From Candidatus Lustribacter sp. (lineage in GTDB: Bacteria; Vulcanimicrobiota; Vulcanimicrobiia; Vulcanimicrobiales; Vulcanimicrobiaceae): DNA of 64,000 nt. Below, piece after piece: positions 27,301 to 36,404 of this stretch. Each line of letters opens with the position of its first letter. Positions within the stretch are counted from its first letter, which is position 1. The stretch covers positions 3,264,001-3,328,000 of the forward strand of contig OZ255842.1 of NCBI GenBank assembly GCA_965277805.1, written 5' to 3'. The notes under the pieces were generated by a model. The model was not told where the DNA came from. It saw only the letters and a program-made list of their open reading frames with translations, and searched no databases. The position numbers were made by a program, and so were the translations under genes.

Positions 27301-28470
27301 CTACATTGGGGTGCCGTTGGGGCGGGTTTCTATGCCGAATGTTTTTTTGTCGGGCAGCCATTTTACCCAGACGAGATCGGCGTCGGTGAGGCCGTGGTGA
27401 TCGCCGGGGCGGAAGTCGTAGATGCCACTCGAGCCGGCGAAGTCGTGAAGGCCGTTGATCCAATCGTCAACTTGCGCGCCGGTGGCGTCGGGGCCGAGCG
27501 CGCGCAGCGCCGCGACCACGATCTTGGCCGGATCCCACGATAGGCCGCTCTCGGGTGAGGGCGTGAGGCCGAGCGTGCGGTACCCGCTGTAGAACTCGTC
27601 GATCGCCGCGCGCAGCTTCGCATCGCGAATCTGGTCGCGAGCGTAAAAGCGCGCCGAATTGAACACGACCTCGGTTGGGATGAAGTGTTCGTAACCCTCG
27701 AGCTGCGTGTGGTTCATGTTGACGGCGCTGGTGACGATCGGCACGTTGATTCCGCTATCGCTCAGCGAGCGCAGTACGTTGCCGAACGCGGTGCCGGTGG
27801 CGAACACCACGATGCCTTGCGGATTGCCGGCCTTCACGCGCGCGACTTGCGCGCTCACGCTGATGTCGGTGGGGCTGAAGTGCTCGTAGGCGACGACGTG
27901 CAGATTCTTGTTCTCGGGCCGCGCGAACGCGTTTTGCGAAAGCGAATCGGACGCGAGGCCGGTCGCGTCGGTGGCCACCATCACGGCCACTCGCGTGAAC
28001 CCCTTTTCCCGCATGAATTTATAGATCGCCGGTACGATGTACGTGATCGCGACCGACGACGCGAAGACGTTCTTCTGCGTCGTCAGCAGTCCCGGCGACA
28101 CGCAGAACTCCACGGTCCCTTTATTCAAGACCAGCGGCGCCTCGGCCGCGCAGGCAGCAACGTAGGCCGAGCCCATGAACACGGCCGGGTTTTTGGCCAG
28201 GATCTGGTTCGTCAGCTGCACCGCGTTGACCGGATTGGATTGGTCGTCGTGAATCTCGAAGTGCACCGGCCGCCCGCGGATGCCGCCGCTTGCGTTGGCG
28301 ACGCTCTCATACGTACGCAGCGCTTCAGCGTGAATCTGTCCCGAATACGCGGACGTGCCGGTGAGCGGCAAGATCGCATCGATCACGTAGGGATCGCCCG
28401 TCGCCGGTGCCGCGGCTCCGATGGCAACCGTCCCGAACGCCAGCGCCAGTGCGCACACGAGCCATCTCAC
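27301..28470 (-). CDS. ABC transporter substrate-binding protein, branched-chain amino acid (LivJ-like) fold
   Basis: Signal peptide; ILPLTG, NASGGIRGRP and HDDQSNP motifs; GTGA overlap with the upstream gene. Confidence 0.88.
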   Translation of the reverse strand: MRWLVCALALAFGTVAIGAAAPATGDPYVIDAILPLTGTSAYSGQIHAEALRTYESVANASGGIRGRPVHFEIHDDQSNPVNAVQLTNQILAKNPAVFMGSAYVAACAAEAPLVLNKGTVEFCVSPGLLTTQKNVFASSVAITYIVPAIYKFMREKGFTRVAVMVATDATGLASDSLSQNAFARPENKNLHVVAYEHFSPTDISVSAQVARVKAGNPQGIVVFATGTAFGNVLRSLSDSGINVPIVTSAVNMNHTQLEGYEHFIPTEVVFNSARFYARDQIRDAKLRAAIDEFYSGYRTLGLTPSPESGLSWDPAKIVVAALRALGPDATGAQVDDWINGLHDFAGSSGIYDFRPGDHHGLTDADLVWVKWLPDKKTFGIETRPNGTPM

Positions 28471-29039
28471 CACTGCGCGCGGCCTTCGCGTTCGTGTTCG
28501 CTGTCGATTTGCGCATCGAAGCCGTACGCATACGGATGAACGTTGCCGCAGCTCTTACACGTGCGGGCAGAGGTGTTGAATGCGCGGGCTTGTTCGAGCG
28601 CGTGATCCCAGAACGCCCGCAGTCCGAAGCGGCCGGCCGCAAACGCATCGCTCATCAGATCGGTGTTGCACTTTGGGCAATACCAGCCGACGGTTTCGGT
28701 GCCGAGTTTGCTTGCCGTCTTACCGGTCGTCGCGACCACCAGCGTGTAGTAGATGCCGTCGTCCATCTCGGCGCGGATGAAGATCGTATCAGCGGCGGTC
28801 GTGCGCCAAAAGCCGAAGAGGTGTTCGATGTGGTAGGGCGTGCCGCCGGGGATGCGGTGCATGATGCGCGTGCGTTCGGGAACGCGCAAGATGTTGCCGT
28901 CGCGCCGCTCGATCACGCTGAGCGGCGGATCGCCGGCCGCATCCTTCCGCGTCCAAATGTGGTAGTTGCTCGCCTCTTGCCAGCTGCCGTCACCTTCGCC
29001 GAGATAGATATCGTAGGCGGGCGTGTACGGCGTACTCAC
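28467..29039 (-). CDS. Hypothetical protein with C-terminal rubredoxin-like CxxC...CxxC site (paralog B)
   Basis: WYCPKC...RTCKSCGNVHP; GTGA-coupled at both ends; clearly similar to 29036-29671. Confidence 0.75.
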   Translation of the reverse strand: MSTPYTPAYDIYLGEGDGSWQEASNYHIWTRKDAAGDPPLSVIERRDGNILRVPERTRIMHRIPGGTPYHIEHLFGFWRTTAADTIFIRAEMDDGIYYTLVVATTGKTASKLGTETVGWYCPKCNTDLMSDAFAAGRFGLRAFWDHALEQARAFNTSARTCKSCGNVHPYAYGFDAQIDSEHEREGRAQW

Positions 29040-29671
29040 CAGAGCAGACGCGCCTCCGCTTGTGCCGGCGAATCTTTCACGGTGTTCCAACAGTAGCCGA
29101 GCGGGTTATCGTGGCCGCATTCGGGGCAGAGCCGCAGCTTGGGATCCGCGTTGTAGGTGCGCACGGACTCTTCTTCAGCGCGAAAGATGCCGTTAAGACC
29201 GAAACGCCCCGACAGGTACGGATATTCGAACAGCAGCGTGAGGCACTTCTGACAGTACTGCGCGTAGCTCTCGCGATCGTCGCCGGTCGGCGTCTGCATC
29301 AGCACGATGAAGTGTCCGTACTCTTCGCCCGGACGCGCGGGGATCGGCAGGTAGAGTTCGTCCATGTCGTTGATGTGCCAGAAGCCCAAGCTGTGCTCGA
29401 CGCGGTGCGGCACGCCGCCGGGCGTGATGTGAATCTTCATCGCCTTGTGCTGCTTGGACAGCAAACCGTCGGGGGTCATCGTGACCGAGTTGAACGTGCC
29501 TTTTTTCGGATCGACGATCTCTTTGAGCGTGATCGTACGGCGGCGAATCCCGATGATGTTCTGACCCGTCTCTTGCCAGGTCGTGAACTTTTTGACGATC
29601 TTCTCATCGAGATAATCCCAATCGTCCATGATCTTTTCGATGGGCACGTCGATGCCGACGGTAGCAAACAT
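29036..29671 (-). CDS. Hypothetical cupin-like protein with C-terminal rubredoxin-like site (paralog A)
   Basis: PGGVPHRVEHSLGFWHINDMDELY and YCQKC...RLCPECGHDNP; AGGAGG RBS. Confidence 0.78.
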   Translation of the reverse strand: MFATVGIDVPIEKIMDDWDYLDEKIVKKFTTWQETGQNIIGIRRRTITLKEIVDPKKGTFNSVTMTPDGLLSKQHKAMKIHITPGGVPHRVEHSLGFWHINDMDELYLPIPARPGEEYGHFIVLMQTPTGDDRESYAQYCQKCLTLLFEYPYLSGRFGLNGIFRAEEESVRTYNADPKLRLCPECGHDNPLGYCWNTVKDSPAQAEARLLW

Positions 29672-29681
29672 GGGTCGCCTC

Positions 29682-30911
29682 CTATTTCAGGACAGGTAGC
29701 TCCTTCGCGCGCGTGCCGAGCCGCTCCGCTCCGGTCGCGGTCACGACCACGCTGTCGCCCCAGCGCATATAGTCGTCGACATCGTCGATGCCGGCCGACG
29801 GCTTGACGTTGAAGCAGCAGCCCTCCTCGAGCACGAGGTCGCGTACCTCGGGCGGCTCCGGCCGGCGGGCAACCAATAGCGGCCCGTCGTTGCCGGTGCC
29901 ACGCCCGTGCATCCCCAAGCCGGTGCGCACGCGGCCGCCGACGAGGCCCGTGCGCTCGGCCAGCTCCATCATCTCGCCGATCTTGAGGCCCGGCTTCATC
30001 GCCGCAACCACCCGGTCGAACGCTTCCCACACGCACTTCATCGCATCGTGCATGTGCGGCGGCGCATCGCCGATCGCCATGCTCTGATCGATCTGCGCAT
30101 GATAGCCGCCCCAGATCCCTTCGACCTCGACGCTCACGACGTCGCCGTGCTGCAGCTTGCGAAACGACGGCTGTTCGAGCCGGTGATATGGCCGCGTCGC
30201 CGGTCCGCTGACCCAGCCCACCATCGGGTGGAAGCTGCCGCCGGCCATGGCGTTAGCAAACATCATGTGCGCGTAGAGTTCGCGTTCGGGCACGCCCGGT
30301 CGCGCATGATCGCGCAGCGCTTGCAGCTCGATCTCCGCAACTTCAACGCCCTTGCGCAAGAACGCGATCTCTTCGGGACTCTTGCGCCAGCGCGCTTCGC
30401 CGAGCACCGGCGTCGCGCTGATGATGTTCGCATTGGGGAAGTTGTTGCGCAGCGTCTCGTACGAGCCCCAGTTCACGACGCCCTCGAAGCTGCGAATGTG
30501 TGAGATCGGCGTAGACGTCAAGCCCGCGATCGCAATCGTTCCCTTGGCGAGTTCGGGATGCGCGTTCAAATAGTTGGAGATCGTCTTGCCGCCCATGCCG
30601 CGTTCGGCCGCGCGGATGTCGGTGAACCAATTAGACGACGGCCACACGCCGCCGCGCGAGAGCCACGCCGTGACCTCGCCTTCGATCGGAAAAGCGACGG
30701 TGACTTCATCGCTGTTCTCGCCGAGTTGCGTGAGGTAACGCGAATCCGCCGCGCCGCGTCCGTGCTGATGCGTGAGCGGAAAGCACACGATCACGTCGAT
30801 GCCGGCCTTCGCCATCAGCTTGCGTACGAGCGCCCAGCGCCGGTCGCGCTCCTCGAGGCTGAATACGGCGTTGCTCCACTCAGGAGACCATTTTTCTTCA
30901 ACGATCGACAT
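29682..30911 (-). CDS. M24 (creatinase/Xaa-Pro aminopeptidase) fold hydrolase with substituted metal ligands
   Basis: Creatinase-like N-domain (ERDRRW...DSRYLT); RWRKSPEEI, EVEG.WGGYHAQ, GMHGRG, FNVKP and WGDSVVVT..GAERL motifs. Confidence 0.85.
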   Translation of the reverse strand: MSIVEEKWSPEWSNAVFSLEERDRRWALVRKLMAKAGIDVIVCFPLTHQHGRGAADSRYLTQLGENSDEVTVAFPIEGEVTAWLSRGGVWPSSNWFTDIRAAERGMGGKTISNYLNAHPELAKGTIAIAGLTSTPISHIRSFEGVVNWGSYETLRNNFPNANIISATPVLGEARWRKSPEEIAFLRKGVEVAEIELQALRDHARPGVPERELYAHMMFANAMAGGSFHPMVGWVSGPATRPYHRLEQPSFRKLQHGDVVSVEVEGIWGGYHAQIDQSMAIGDAPPHMHDAMKCVWEAFDRVVAAMKPGLKIGEMMELAERTGLVGGRVRTGLGMHGRGTGNDGPLLVARRPEPPEVRDLVLEEGCCFNVKPSAGIDDVDDYMRWGDSVVVTATGAERLGTRAKELPVLK

Positions 30912-30962
30912 GCATTCGCTCTTGCCGAGGGGCCATCTGCGATCCTACCGAACCGCGACCCC

Positions 30963-31925
30963 ATGAAAGCAGCGCTCCACCATCACTCACGGCGCGGGTT
31001 CATCGCGCTGGGAACCGCGTTCGGGTTGACGGCGGCCTCCGCCGTCGCGCAAACGCCGTCAGGGCTCACGCCCCTGCGCGTTGCGTCGGCCGCCGACGAA
31101 GACATCCTCGGCACGGTCTGGGCGATGCAGCACGGCATCTTTGCGAAGAACGGTCTCGATGTCGATCTGCGTCCGAGCAATAGCGGCGCAGCGGTGGCCG
31201 CAGCCGTTGTCGGCGGCTCGATCGACATTGGAAAATCGAGTCTCTTTTCGCTCATCGCGGCGCATTCGAAAGGCATCCCGATCGTCCTGATCGCGGCGGC
31301 CGGCGTCTATTCGTCCAAATTTCCGGCCGTCGGCATTTTGGTGAAGACCGGCTCGCCGATCAAAACCGCCAAAGATCTCAACGGCAAGTCGATCGCCGTC
31401 CAAGCGCTCGAGGATCAGTTCGCGGTGTCGGTTCGAGCGTGGGTCGATCAGCGCGGCGGTGATTCGTCAACCCTGAAGTTCATCGAATTTCCGAGTTCCG
31501 CCGCCGCCGCGGCGATCGTGGACGGTAAGGTCGATGCCGCTTCGTTCACCAACCCGAATTTGAGCGAAGCGCTCGCCACGGGGAAGGTGACGTCGATCGG
31601 ACATCCGTTCGATGCGATCGGCAGCTTCTTCATCCAGGCCGGATACTTCGTTACCAAGGACTACTTTGCCGCAAATCGTCCGGCGATCGACAAGTTCGTG
31701 CGCTCGATCGACGAGGCCAGCGCCTACATCGATTCGCACCAAGCGCAAACCGCCGAAACGCTCGCGACGTTTACGAAGATTCCGCTCGACGTCATCACGC
31801 ACATGGCGCGGACCGGACTTGCTGCCAAGCTCGATCCGCACAACGTTCAACCGGTGATCGACACCGCGTTCAAGTACAAAGCGATCCCGGCGAACTTCAA
31901 TGCGAAGGACATGATCGCCGGGTAG
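30963..31925 (+). CDS. ABC transporter substrate-binding protein, SsuA/THI5-like
   Basis: SRRGFI Tat leader; GIFAKNGLDV and DLNGKSIAV motifs. Confidence 0.87.
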   Translation: MKAALHHHSRRGFIALGTAFGLTAASAVAQTPSGLTPLRVASAADEDILGTVWAMQHGIFAKNGLDVDLRPSNSGAAVAAAVVGGSIDIGKSSLFSLIAAHSKGIPIVLIAAAGVYSSKFPAVGILVKTGSPIKTAKDLNGKSIAVQALEDQFAVSVRAWVDQRGGDSSTLKFIEFPSSAAAAAIVDGKVDAASFTNPNLSEALATGKVTSIGHPFDAIGSFFIQAGYFVTKDYFAANRPAIDKFVRSIDEASAYIDSHQAQTAETLATFTKIPLDVITHMARTGLAAKLDPHNVQPVIDTAFKYKAIPANFNAKDMIAG

Positions 31926-31931
31926 CGCTTC

Positions 31932-33083
31932 TTATCGAGCGGCGACGGCCTGCTTCGGCTGCGGGCCGCCGAACTTTTCGAACTGCGGCGTGATGCCGTT
32001 CTTACGCATTTCTTCGAGCCAAATTTCATGGATGCGCGGATCCTGATCTTCATACTCGATTTGGCTGCCGCCCTCTTTGGTGCTCTTCGAGATCGTGCCT
32101 TGGCCGCCGTCTTTGCTCGTGCTGTAGTCGCGCTTCTTCTGCGTGAGCGGATAGCGGGCGTTGCCGCCGCCGATCAGCGCGAGATAACGTGACGGTGTTT
32201 GGCTCGTCGTGAAGTGCTGGTGGAACTGGCGCTCGACCGGCGCGAACATCATGCCGGGATACCAATCGACGCGGATGAAATCTTGCTCGCCCTCCTGCCA
32301 CAAGAGCGAATAGCCCTTGCCGCTGACGGTGAAGATGTGCGCGCCCGCTTCGTGATGGTGCGCCTTCTTGTACGTGCCCGTCGCGATTTCGGAGGTGTGC
32401 GCGTGCATGTTGCCGTTGGCGAGAAGGAACATCAGGTTCATCGAGCCAGCACCGCGCTCGCTCCAGGCGGTCAGTTCGATCGCGCTGAGGTCGGGGACGA
32501 AGTTCGTCTCCCACATGTTCTGGCCGGCGCGCACGAGCGAGAGATCGCCGGCGCCGGTGAACCAATCGTCTTTGCCGATGCGGTCTTTGAAGAAGTGCGT
32601 GTTCTCGAAGATGAACTCGTCATCGTGATAGATCTTCATCGTCAGCGGCAGCCCGTGCACCGACGCGACGACGGCGCGTTTCTTGCCGTCGCCGTTGTGC
32701 AAGCGGTAGCGCACGTTCAACGGGATTGCGAACATGCTGTGCTCTTGCCACTCGAAGCTGTGCGTCTTGCCGTTCGGCAACTCGATCTCGGTGCTGCCGC
32801 GGCCTTCGGCGACGTACATCACCTCTTCGTACAGATGGCGCTGTGGCGTCGTCGACATACCCGGCGGGATGTCGATCGCGTAGCAGCTCGCCCAATCGCC
32901 GCGGCCGGTCAGGTGAATTGCGACGCCGTTGACGCCGAAGCGCGGCCACGGCTTCGTTTCGACCGTGTGCAGATCGAAGCCCAAGCCTTCGACCACGTGA
33001 ATGCCTTCGCGCTCGATCCAGTCCAAGTAGGGGTCTTGGTAGAGACGAGCCTTCTTAGCGGCGGCCTCAATCGTTGACGTCAT
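31932..33083 (-). CDS. Bicupin protein (gentisate 1,2-dioxygenase-like)
   Basis: PQRHLYEEVMYVAEGRG (cupin 1); YKKAHHH...GKGYS and FHQHF (cupin 2); AAGGAG RBS. Confidence 0.8.
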   Translation of the reverse strand: MTSTIEAAAKKARLYQDPYLDWIEREGIHVVEGLGFDLHTVETKPWPRFGVNGVAIHLTGRGDWASCYAIDIPPGMSTTPQRHLYEEVMYVAEGRGSTEIELPNGKTHSFEWQEHSMFAIPLNVRYRLHNGDGKKRAVVASVHGLPLTMKIYHDDEFIFENTHFFKDRIGKDDWFTGAGDLSLVRAGQNMWETNFVPDLSAIELTAWSERGAGSMNLMFLLANGNMHAHTSEIATGTYKKAHHHEAGAHIFTVSGKGYSLLWQEGEQDFIRVDWYPGMMFAPVERQFHQHFTTSQTPSRYLALIGGGNARYPLTQKKRDYSTSKDGGQGTISKSTKEGGSQIEYEDQDPRIHEIWLEEMRKNGITPQFEKFGGPQPKQAVAAR

Positions 33084-33128
33084 CACGGCTCCTTCGCAGC
33101 GAACGGGTGTTCGGAGGTTTACTCCGCT

Positions 33129-34355
33129 TTACTCGGTGGTCCTGGTCTCCGGAATGTATCGGATCAGCAGGTAGCTGACCGTCACGGCCGAGAGCGTGAT
33201 GAACAGGAACGCCGACCCGTAGTTCAGCTGGTCGGCGAGGAACGCGAACATCAGCGGGCTCAACGCTTGGCCGCCCTGGCCCGCGAAGCGCCAAATTCCC
33301 AGGAAGGTACCGCGGGCTTCCTCGGGAGCAACGTCGGTGCCGACGGTCTGAATGGAACCGCCGGTCAACGCCTGCAGCGCGACGCCGATCAGGAAAATCG
33401 CGACGTACCACGTCAGGTTCAGGTGCAAGAACGCCGTGAGCGCCAGCGCGAGCGACGAGAACGCGACGCCGGCGAAGCCCGGCACCATCGTGCGCTTGCG
33501 TCCGAACCGGTCCATCATCCAGCCGGCGAGGAAACCGATCGGCAACGAGATCAGCGACGCGCTCGTCGCGAGGTAACCGATCGGGCGCGGTCCGAGCGTA
33601 TAGGCGAACGCCGCGTAGAGATACAGGAGGTCGGCGCCTTGCGGACCGCGCGTCAATCCGGCGAACAGCGCGACACCGAAGTACGGCAGACGCGGCATCA
33701 CCAATTCGCGCAACGACAGCTTCGCAACCGGCGCGCTGCTCGTCCCGTTCGCGCGCTCGCGGCGCGGCGTATCTTTCGCAAAGAGCACCGTGGGAACGAG
33801 CGCGATCAGCGCGAGGCCCGCAAAGACGAGGAACGGAACGCGCGCGCCGAGATCGGTCGCGATGAGGCCGCCGACCACCGGACCCGCCAGCCGGCCGGTA
33901 CTATCCATACCGAACATCCAACTGACCAGCCGTCCGCGCTGCGACGGCGCGGCGCCGTGCGAGATGGCGGCCAAGCGCGCCATGATCCACATCTGCGCCG
34001 CGAAGCCGTTGATGAACCGCAGCACGAGCAATTCGGGAAACGAGTTTGAACCGGCGACGAGAAATCCGGTCGCCGCCGCGAGCAACGGCCCCGCGATCAG
34101 TACGGGACGGCGTCCAAAGCGATCGATCATCCAACCGGATGGAATCGTTCCCGATAAATTCCCGATCAGGAACATCGTTACGACGAGGCTTGCGATGCCG
34201 AAGCTGACGTTGAACGATTTAGCGAGCGTCGGCAGCGCCGGCACCGCGATTCCCGTTCCCAATGCCAAGATCAGTGCCGGCAAATACGTAGCGAGGAACG
34301 CCTCCCACGAAATCGCCGGGCCTTCGCGCGCCGGAGTTTGTTCCTCCCGGTTCAG
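33129..34355 (-). CDS. MFS transporter
   Basis: GWMIDRFGRRP and GWMMDRFGRK motif-A copies; about 12 TM segments. First canonical start is TTG 34283; a possible CTG start lies at 34355. Confidence 0.88.
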   Translation of the reverse strand: MNREEQTPAREGPAISWEAFLATYLPALILALGTGIAVPALPTLAKSFNVSFGIASLVVTMFLIGNLSGTIPSGWMIDRFGRRPVLIAGPLLAAATGFLVAGSNSFPELLVLRFINGFAAQMWIMARLAAISHGAAPSQRGRLVSWMFGMDSTGRLAGPVVGGLIATDLGARVPFLVFAGLALIALVPTVLFAKDTPRRERANGTSSAPVAKLSLRELVMPRLPYFGVALFAGLTRGPQGADLLYLYAAFAYTLGPRPIGYLATSASLISLPIGFLAGWMMDRFGRKRTMVPGFAGVAFSSLALALTAFLHLNLTWYVAIFLIGVALQALTGGSIQTVGTDVAPEEARGTFLGIWRFAGQGGQALSPLMFAFLADQLNYGSAFLFITLSAVTVSYLLIRYIPETRTTE

Positions 34356-34429
34356 TTGAACGTTGCTGCGTAAGACAAAACGCTACGCCGTTCGCACGTC
34401 GAAAGATTTTCCCCTAGATCGGACGCGCG

Positions 34430-35425
34430 TTATAACCAGGAAGCGAATGCCATTCCGACACCGGTGCCGGCGGGCGTGCGATAAACGGGATAATACTGAC
34501 AGAAGTCGTTGCGTAATTCACCGAGCGCACCGCCGACCGTGATCCAATTACGGATCTCCGATGAACCGGAGTTCAACAGTTGAGACGGAATCTTCGCGAG
34601 CGCGCTGCGATCTTGAGAACGCAACGCATCGAGCACAGCGAGATCGAGCGCTTCGTTCGTCACGAAGTGACTCAAGCCGCCCGACGCCAGAATCGCAACG
34701 CGCGCATCGCCCGGCGCGGCTTCGATCGCGCGCCGCAAGGCTTGGCCGAGCGCGTAACACCGCGCGGGCTTCGGCTGATTCGGCGGGTAGTAGCAGTTCA
34801 CCATCACCGGCACGATCGGAATGGTGCGCCCCGCCATGAGGCGCGTGACGACAAAGCCGTACGCATGTCCGAAACCTTGCGCCACCGGGTTCGGCACCGA
34901 CGCCGCCGCCGCGATGTCGAAGCCGTCATCCATCAGGTGATCGATCAGCGCGCGCGCGAGCGCCGGTGCGGTAGCGAGTTCGTAATGCTGGTCCATGCCG
35001 TAACCGACGGAGACCGTTTGCATCCACTTGTATTCCGGATCCGGCGAAATCGCCCAGCGCGTCATCGTCGCCGGCTCGCCGTAGAAGATCGACACGGCCG
35101 GAAAGTTAGCCAAGCTGAACAGCTCTTGTTCGTCGTCGCCGACGATGACCAGCACGTCGGGCGCCACGGCGGCGAGCGCATCCGCCAGGCGGTCGAGATC
35201 GCGCTGCGCGGCCTCGTACTGTTCGTTCCAGCGCGCCGGCACCGCGAGGGGAGCGAACCGTCCGCCGACCAGTTCTTCGATCTCGGCGTAGTCGCGCCGC
35301 ACGCCCTCGGTGTCGTAAAGCTGCGGGTTCTTACGGTCGTTGACGGCGCGCGCTTCCCACTCTTCGGCCATGAGCGCGAGCAACGGCGTGTGCGAGGTAG
35401 CGAAGCCCGCGACCAGTCTAGACAT
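34430..35425 (-). CDS. Class III extradiol ring-cleavage dioxygenase (LigB fold, DesZ/3-O-methylgallate dioxygenase-like)
   Basis: TSHTP, VGDDEQE, GHAYGFV, NCYYPPNQP..RCY, ASGGLSHF, GSSEIRNW and YRTPAGTG motifs. Confidence 0.85.
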   Translation of the reverse strand: MSRLVAGFATSHTPLLALMAEEWEARAVNDRKNPQLYDTEGVRRDYAEIEELVGGRFAPLAVPARWNEQYEAAQRDLDRLADALAAVAPDVLVIVGDDEQELFSLANFPAVSIFYGEPATMTRWAISPDPEYKWMQTVSVGYGMDQHYELATAPALARALIDHLMDDGFDIAAAASVPNPVAQGFGHAYGFVVTRLMAGRTIPIVPVMVNCYYPPNQPKPARCYALGQALRRAIEAAPGDARVAILASGGLSHFVTNEALDLAVLDALRSQDRSALAKIPSQLLNSGSSEIRNWITVGGALGELRNDFCQYYPVYRTPAGTGVGMAFASWL

Positions 35426-36404
35426 GCGCCTGCACCAGCGTCTGCGGGGCGAACAGGTCTTCGATCGCGAGACGGCGCGAACACACGCCCTGTTCGTAGG
35501 CGTAATCGAGGAACGCTTCGAGCGTCACGCGATTGCGGTCGATACCGTAGGGAAAAATATCGTCGCCGATGATGCCTTTCGTGCGCTGGGCGTAATCGGC
35601 GTGCCAGGCGATCGGGAACATCGAGGCGCCCGTATAGAGCGCGCGTTCGACGCTGTTGCGCTTGGCTTCTTCGAAGGCCGCGTAGAGGTTCGCCGCAACC
35701 CACGGCGCGCGGTCCAGGAGCGTTTTCTTAATGACGATCGTGTGCATCACCGGATAGATTCCCGTCTCGCGCACGTATTGCTGCTCGACCTCCATCGTCT
35801 TTTCGAACAGCAGGCGTACGCGCGGGTCGGCGCCGTAACAGCGCGGCGCCTGCGCGCTGATCATCGCATCGATCTCGCCTGCCGGCAGCATGTCGGAGAG
35901 CGCGCGATCGGGGACCGGCGTCAGGCGCAGGCCGGCCGGCAGGCTCAGCGCGACCTTCTCGGTGCGGCCCGGTTCGTCGGCGCCGGCTTGGACCCAATCG
36001 ATCGAGCGCAGATCGATTCCATAGTAGTGCGCCAAGAGGCCGCGCGCGTAGACGGCGGCGGTCTGCGCCCACTCCGGCAATCCGATGCGGCGGCCGGCTA
36101 AGTCGGCCGGGCCTTTGACCGGCCCGCCGTCCAGCACGTAGAACGAACCGTGACGCACCATGCGGTTTGGAAACACCGGGATCGCGATCAGCGAGTCGTC
36201 GCCGTTCGAGCGCATCGCCGCGTACTTCGCAAACGAGATCTCGGCAACGTCGAAGTCGTTGAAGAGCACGCCGCGCAGCAAGATATCGTGATACGAGAGC
36301 TCGAGGTGGTTGAGGGTGATGCCCTCAGCCGTCACGTTACCGGTGATCAGATCGGCGACGTGATCGTAGCGCAGGGTTGCAAGCGAAAGCGCGAGTTTGT
36401 TCAC
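35418..36404 (-). CDS. 4,5-dihydroxyphthalate decarboxylase (OphC)-like protein, copy 2
   Basis: YDHVADL, FDVAEISF, PVFPNRMVRHG, GLPEWAQTA, GIYPVMH and FPYGI motifs. Confidence 0.8.
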   Translation of the reverse strand: MNKLALSLATLRYDHVADLITGNVTAEGITLNHLELSYHDILLRGVLFNDFDVAEISFAKYAAMRSNGDDSLIAIPVFPNRMVRHGSFYVLDGGPVKGPADLAGRRIGLPEWAQTAAVYARGLLAHYYGIDLRSIDWVQAGADEPGRTEKVALSLPAGLRLTPVPDRALSDMLPAGEIDAMISAQAPRCYGADPRVRLLFEKTMEVEQQYVRETGIYPVMHTIVIKKTLLDRAPWVAANLYAAFEEAKRNSVERALYTGASMFPIAWHADYAQRTKGIIGDDIFPYGIDRNRVTLEAFLDYAYEQGVCSRRLAIEDLFAPQTLVQAHV

